Origin: Macrostomum lignano
Lineage: Eukaryota
NCBI GenBank assembly: GCA_002269645.1
Contig: NIVC01000361.1
Coordinates: 203,328 to 218,984, forward strand
DNA: 15,657 bases
Direction of reading: 5' to 3'
Part shown: in pieces, positions 7,701-15,657 of the stretch
How positions within the stretch are numbered: position 1 is the first letter of the stretch
Layout of the letters: every line of letters begins with the position of its first letter
The notes under the pieces: generated by a model
The model's database searches: none
What the model saw: the letters and a program-made list of their open reading frames with translations, nothing else
Told to the model about the DNA's origin: nothing
Program-made: the position numbers and the translations under genes

Positions 7701-8937
7701 CTGCTGAAAGTCGTCCGCGGGCGGCCAGTCCTTCAGCTTCAGGTTCAGCGGCTCCCCAGTTGCCGAGTCCTTCAGCCGCTTCTTGATGCTCTCGAAGCCG
7801 TCCCAGAAGAACTTCATGGGATTCGGGGGCAGCTCTGCGCCGGCCTGGCAGTTCACCACGTTGGCCCGGCAGCTGCCGAACTGCCGGCTGAAGGTGCGCG
7901 GATGCCACAGCGACGAGTTGACAAAGCGGTCGCAGCCGCTGACCACTACGGGGAGGCCGCGGCGCCACTGGCGCTGGAAGCTGGCCAGGTTGCCCGGGTG
8001 CTGCGGCTCACGCAGGCGGAGAAGCAGTGGAAGCGACTGGTCGGCCGACGCCGAAGATGGCTCCGCTGTCCGGCCGGTCTCGTCCAGCCATTCAAGCGGC
8101 GGCGGCGGCTGGTGCGGAGTCGCCGAGACGGAGGAGGTGACGGCGGCGTTCCTGTCGGGATCCAGGCGGGTCAGCTCGTTGGTGAGCTTTGTCAGCGCGT
8201 CCGTAGGCACGGCGATGCAGGTGAGCACCATGCGCTCCGGGTCGTGCGGCTGGCGGTTGGCGGTGCAACAGCTGGCGGCCGCGGCGGCGGCTGCGGCTGC
8301 GGCAGCGGCGGCGGCCGAAGAGGCGGCCGAGGCGCTGCTGGAGCCGTCGGCTGAAGCGGCAGCGGCGGCGGCAGCGGCGGCGGCGCTCATGAGCTGCTTG
8401 AGTCGGGTGGCCGGCGGCGGGGCCGAAGCAGCGCCATCGTGCTGGGGATGCTCGGAGGCCGAGGATGAAGAACTGGTCGAGCCGGATGCGGCCGGGCCGC
8501 CGAAACGCCTGCCGGCGGCGCAGTCGGTGCAGATGACGAAGCCGCACTTCAGGCAGCTGTAGTGGGCGTTGAACAGCGCAGTCTCGCACTGGTCGCAGAT
8601 TTCGCGCACCCCAGAGACCGGCCGCTTCCACTGCAGCGGCTGCGGCGGCTGGTGGCGCTGCTGCTGCGGCTCGTCCGTCTTTGGCGAGCCGCCGCCGCCT
8701 GCGGATTTCGCCGCGGGCGGGCCGCCGCCTCGTTTTCTAAGAATCTGCTTCTCGTTGCCAGCCAGGTCTTCGAAGCTGTCGGCCACGAAGCCAAGAATGT
8801 AGCGGGCGGTCGGCCGGTCCAGGAGCGGCGTCAGCAGCGGCAGCTGCGGCAGCCACAGCGCCAAGTCTTCGGCTTCGGCGTCCGCGATGTCGCAGAAGCC
8901 GGCGGCGGTCACAGCGCCTTTCTTGTTGTAGCGGAGC
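7701..8937 (-). CDS. KDM3: KDM3/JMJD1-like demethylase, large exon (zinc finger, Ala/Ser-rich linker, pre-JmjC region); 5'-most exon in the window
   Basis: RLRYNKKG...ICDQCETALFNAHYSCLKCGFVICTDC (KDM3-type zinc finger)...HDPERM...FQRQWRRGLPVVVSG...FWDGFE...LNLKLKDWPPADDFQQ. Acceptor ctttctcccgcag|G, donor CAG|gttcgg. Length 1237 = 1 nt + 412 codons; joins the next exon as DFQQ|ILPDRYEDF. Confidence 0.95.
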
Positions 8938-8940
8938 CTG

Positions 8941-10022
8941 CGGGAGAAAGAGATGCAGGGAGAGATGCAGTAAGAGAGATGCAGGGAGAGAGATGCAGTG
9001 AGAGAGATGCAGGGAAAGAGTTGCAAGATAGAGATACAGGGAGAGACCCAGGGAAAGAGTTGCAGGAAGAGATGCAAAGAGAGAGTTGCAGGGAGTGACA
9101 GGGAGAGAGACGCAGGGAGATACACGCAGGGAAAGAGTTGCAGGGACATAAATGCAGGGAAAGAGTTGCAGGGAGAGACACAGGGAGAGAGACGCAGGGA
9201 AAGAGTTGCAGGGAGAGATGTAAAGAGAGAGTTGCAGGGAGACACAGGGAGAGAGACGCAGGGAGAGAGAGACGCAGAGAAAGAGTTGCAGGGACATAAA
9301 TGCAGGGAAAGATTTGCAGGGAGAGACACAGGGAGATAGATGCAGGGAAAGAGTTGCAGGGACATAAATGCAGGGAGAGTTGCAGGGAGAGACACAGGGA
9401 GAGAGACGCAGGGAAGGAGTTGCAGGGACATAAATTCAGGGAAAGATTTGCAGGGAGAGACACAGGGAGAGAGATGCAGGGAAGGAGTTGCAGGGACATA
9501 AATGCAGGGAGAGTTGCAGGGAGAGACACAGGGAGAGAGATGCAGGGAAAGAGTTGCAGGGACATAAATGCAGGGAAAGATTTGCAGGGAGAGACACAGG
9601 GAGAGAGACGCAGGGAAAGAGTTGCAGGGACATAAATGCAGGGAGAGTTGCAGGGAGAGACACAGGGAGAGAGATGCAGGGAAAGAGTTGCAGGGACATA
9701 AATGCAGGGAGAGTTGCAGGGAGAGACACAGGGAGAGAGACGCAGGGAAAGAGTTGCAGGGACATAAATGCAGGGAAAGAGTTGCAGGGAGAGACACAGG
9801 GAGAGAGATGCAGGGAGAGACACAGGGAGAGAGACGCAGGGAAAGAGTTGCAGGGACATAAATGCAGGGAAAGAGTTGCAGGGAGAGACACAGGGAGAGA
9901 GATGCAGGGAAAGAGTTGCAGGGACATGAATGCAGGGAAATAGTTGCAGGGAGAGACGCAGGGAAAGAGTTGCAGGGAGAGACACAGGGAGAGAGATGCA
10001 GGGAAAGAGTTGCAGGGACATA
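8941..10022. repeat. Composite minisatellite of 12-14-bp (G/A)CAGGGA-core subunits with 66/68-bp higher-order units
   Basis: GCAGGGACAT marker at 9140, 9288, 9356, 9422, 9490, 9556, 9624, 9690, 9756, 9850, 9918 and 10012. Confidence 0.96.
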
Positions 10023-10644
10023 GACGCACAGGAGATGCAGACAGCAAGGCATTTCGATCACCTAGATTGAATGCACTCCCCGCTCGTACAATAACAGCAA
10101 TACTACTAAGGCGAAGAATAACACAGTTAATAAATTCTGTCGAACAAATAAATTGCAAGCTCATCATGACAGAGTAACAAGCCAGCACTCTGCCCGTGCT
10201 GTGTGTGTCTGTATGTACCGGTATTAAGCGCCTACCAACCCCTGGAACAATGTAGTGAATGCAGTGAGAGAGCAAAGACGCACTCAATCGCACGAACTGA
10301 ATGCCAGGCAGGGCAAGTGTTATTTATTCTCCAGTCCCGTGCCGTCGCGCAGGCAGAATTAAATTCTGTATTTCCTGCAGTGCGCTGCTGCTTATTCTAT
10401 TTTAGTGTTCCTGCTCTCCCACACTCTGCCGTGGGGTCTCCTCACAGTGCGTATGAGTGAGAGAGGCGGAGAGGGCAGAGTGAGACGGAGCCAGGCTGTT
10501 TTTCCGCGCCGACATAAAAGTACAAGAAACTGCAGAGCGAAGGAAACTCCGGAGCGATAAACAAGATAGACATTGTGCCCGCTTTGTAAATTATTAATTG
10601 TAGCTGCCCTGAGCAGCTTGCGAGAGTAGATATATGGATGGCTG

Positions 10645-14464
<3,820 letters not shown>

Positions 14465-15094
14465 CAAACCCAGGTGCCAAAGCAGAAGAACAGGCCCAGA
14501 CCACAGGGCAGGACTCAAGTGCAGCACATTGTGCCGCAATAAATTACTCATATTTTGAGCCGAAACGCGTCAGCAGTGCCGGACAGGCAAAGAAAGGTCT
14601 GACAAGTTTTCATTCTGGCACAGCGGGAGGTCAGTCAAATTGGGCTGAGTGAGGTCAGTCTACCCCCCCTCCTCCTCTCTCTGCCCCTGCTGCTGAAATA
14701 CGTCGATAACACAGCAGGCATTGCAGAATGCGTTTTTATCTTAGCTGTGTTTACCCAGCCATGCACACACAGTGTGTGCCTCACTCAGTACGGCCTTCAG
14801 TTGCATGCAGAGAGAAAATGAGAGAGAGAATTCTCGTATCTTCTGTTCTGCCAATACTTTACCCGAAACTGAGGGTTAAGCACTTTATCCGTTAGTTGCT
14901 AGGCTATATATACTCGTATTTAAAGAGCTAGAGTGGAGTTTCTCTAATAGATAAAATGTAAATTAAGAATCGAAAGACTTCGGGCTCAGACTTTGTACTG
15001 GAAATTCAGTCTCGATGCAATTTTTCATACCAACGGTCTGCACTTACACTGCCATAGCGTTTACAGTGCAGTGCACCCGGTGTGCTGAGCTAGG

Positions 15095-15635
15095 GCAGAG
15101 GGGCAGGCAGAGGGGGAGACAGGGGGAGCCAGAGGGGAGAACAGAGGGGAAAGAGGGGGGACAGAGGTGAGACGGGAAGACAGAGGGGAGACAGAGGGGA
15201 GACAGGAGGGCCGACAGAGGGGAGAAGAGGGGAAGACAGAGGGTGAGACGGGGAGACAGAGGGGAGACAGAGTGGGAGACAGGAGGGCGACAGAGGGGAG
15301 AAGAGGGAAAGACAGAGGGTGAGACGGGGAGACAGAGGGGAGAAGAGGGGGAGACAGAGGTGAGACGGGGAGACAGAGGGGAGACAGAGGGGAGACAGAG
15401 GGGGAGACAGGGGAGGCGACAGAGGGGAGAAGAGGGGAAGACAGAGGGTGAGACGGGGAGACAGAGGGGAGAAGAGGGGGAGACAGAGGGTGAGACGGGG
15501 AGACAGAGGGGAGACAGAGGGGAGACAGGAGGGAGACAGAGGGGAGAAGAGGGGGAGAAAGAGGGGGAGACATAGGGTGAGACAGGGTGAGACGGGGAGA
15601 CAGAGGGGAGACAGAGGGGAGACAGAGGGGGAGAC
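15095..15635. repeat. Purine-rich degenerate minisatellite (GAGGGG(G)AGACA-like units)
   Basis: Repeated gagggggagaca / gaggggagaaga / gagggtgagacgggg, with a longer block recurring near 15201, 15277 and 15405. Confidence 0.93.
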
Positions 15636-15657
15636 AGCTAGGGTGGGACAGAAGCGA

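Noticed and set aside
7783-8802. Antisense and alternative-frame ORFs over the large exon
   Set aside because: Expected shadows of GC-rich coding sequence; no recognisable motifs.
7527-10061. 844-aa ORF as a single CDS
   Set aside because: Only 8937-7701 is KDM3-like and bounded by AG/GT. The rest is read-through into minisatellites.

Overview
Eukaryotic (animal-like) genomic DNA, not prokaryotic. The main gene, on the minus strand, is the 3' part of a KDM3/JMJD1-family JmjC histone H3K9 demethylase: four GT-AG exons (8937-7701, 5842-5540, 4784-4509, 3993-3802) joining in frame into about 668 aa, with a C-rich zinc finger, an intact JmjC active site, a TGA stop and an AATAAA signal. Its upstream exon(s) lie beyond the right edge. 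More than half of the window is tandem repeat: each intron carries its own unrelated array(s), including a ~3.8-kb (GATA)n tract. Beyond the gene's 3' end are a 26/29-bp array ending in a fold-back hairpin, a probable non-autonomous Helentron (DINE-1/HINE-like) element carrying a 33-unit 22-bp array, and a decayed Ty3/Gypsy integrase. The most notable observations are that element's architecture, 9-10-bp direct repeats centred exactly on the junctions of two introns, and two mutually complementary arrays at opposite ends of one intron. GC-rich poly-Ala exons with repeat-filled introns are reminiscent of the flatworm Macrostomum, but that is only an inference. No novel multi-gene system is supported. 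Introns are numbered 0-3 in transcript order: 0 = above 8937, 1 = 5843-7700, 2 = 4785-5539, 3 = 3994-4508.
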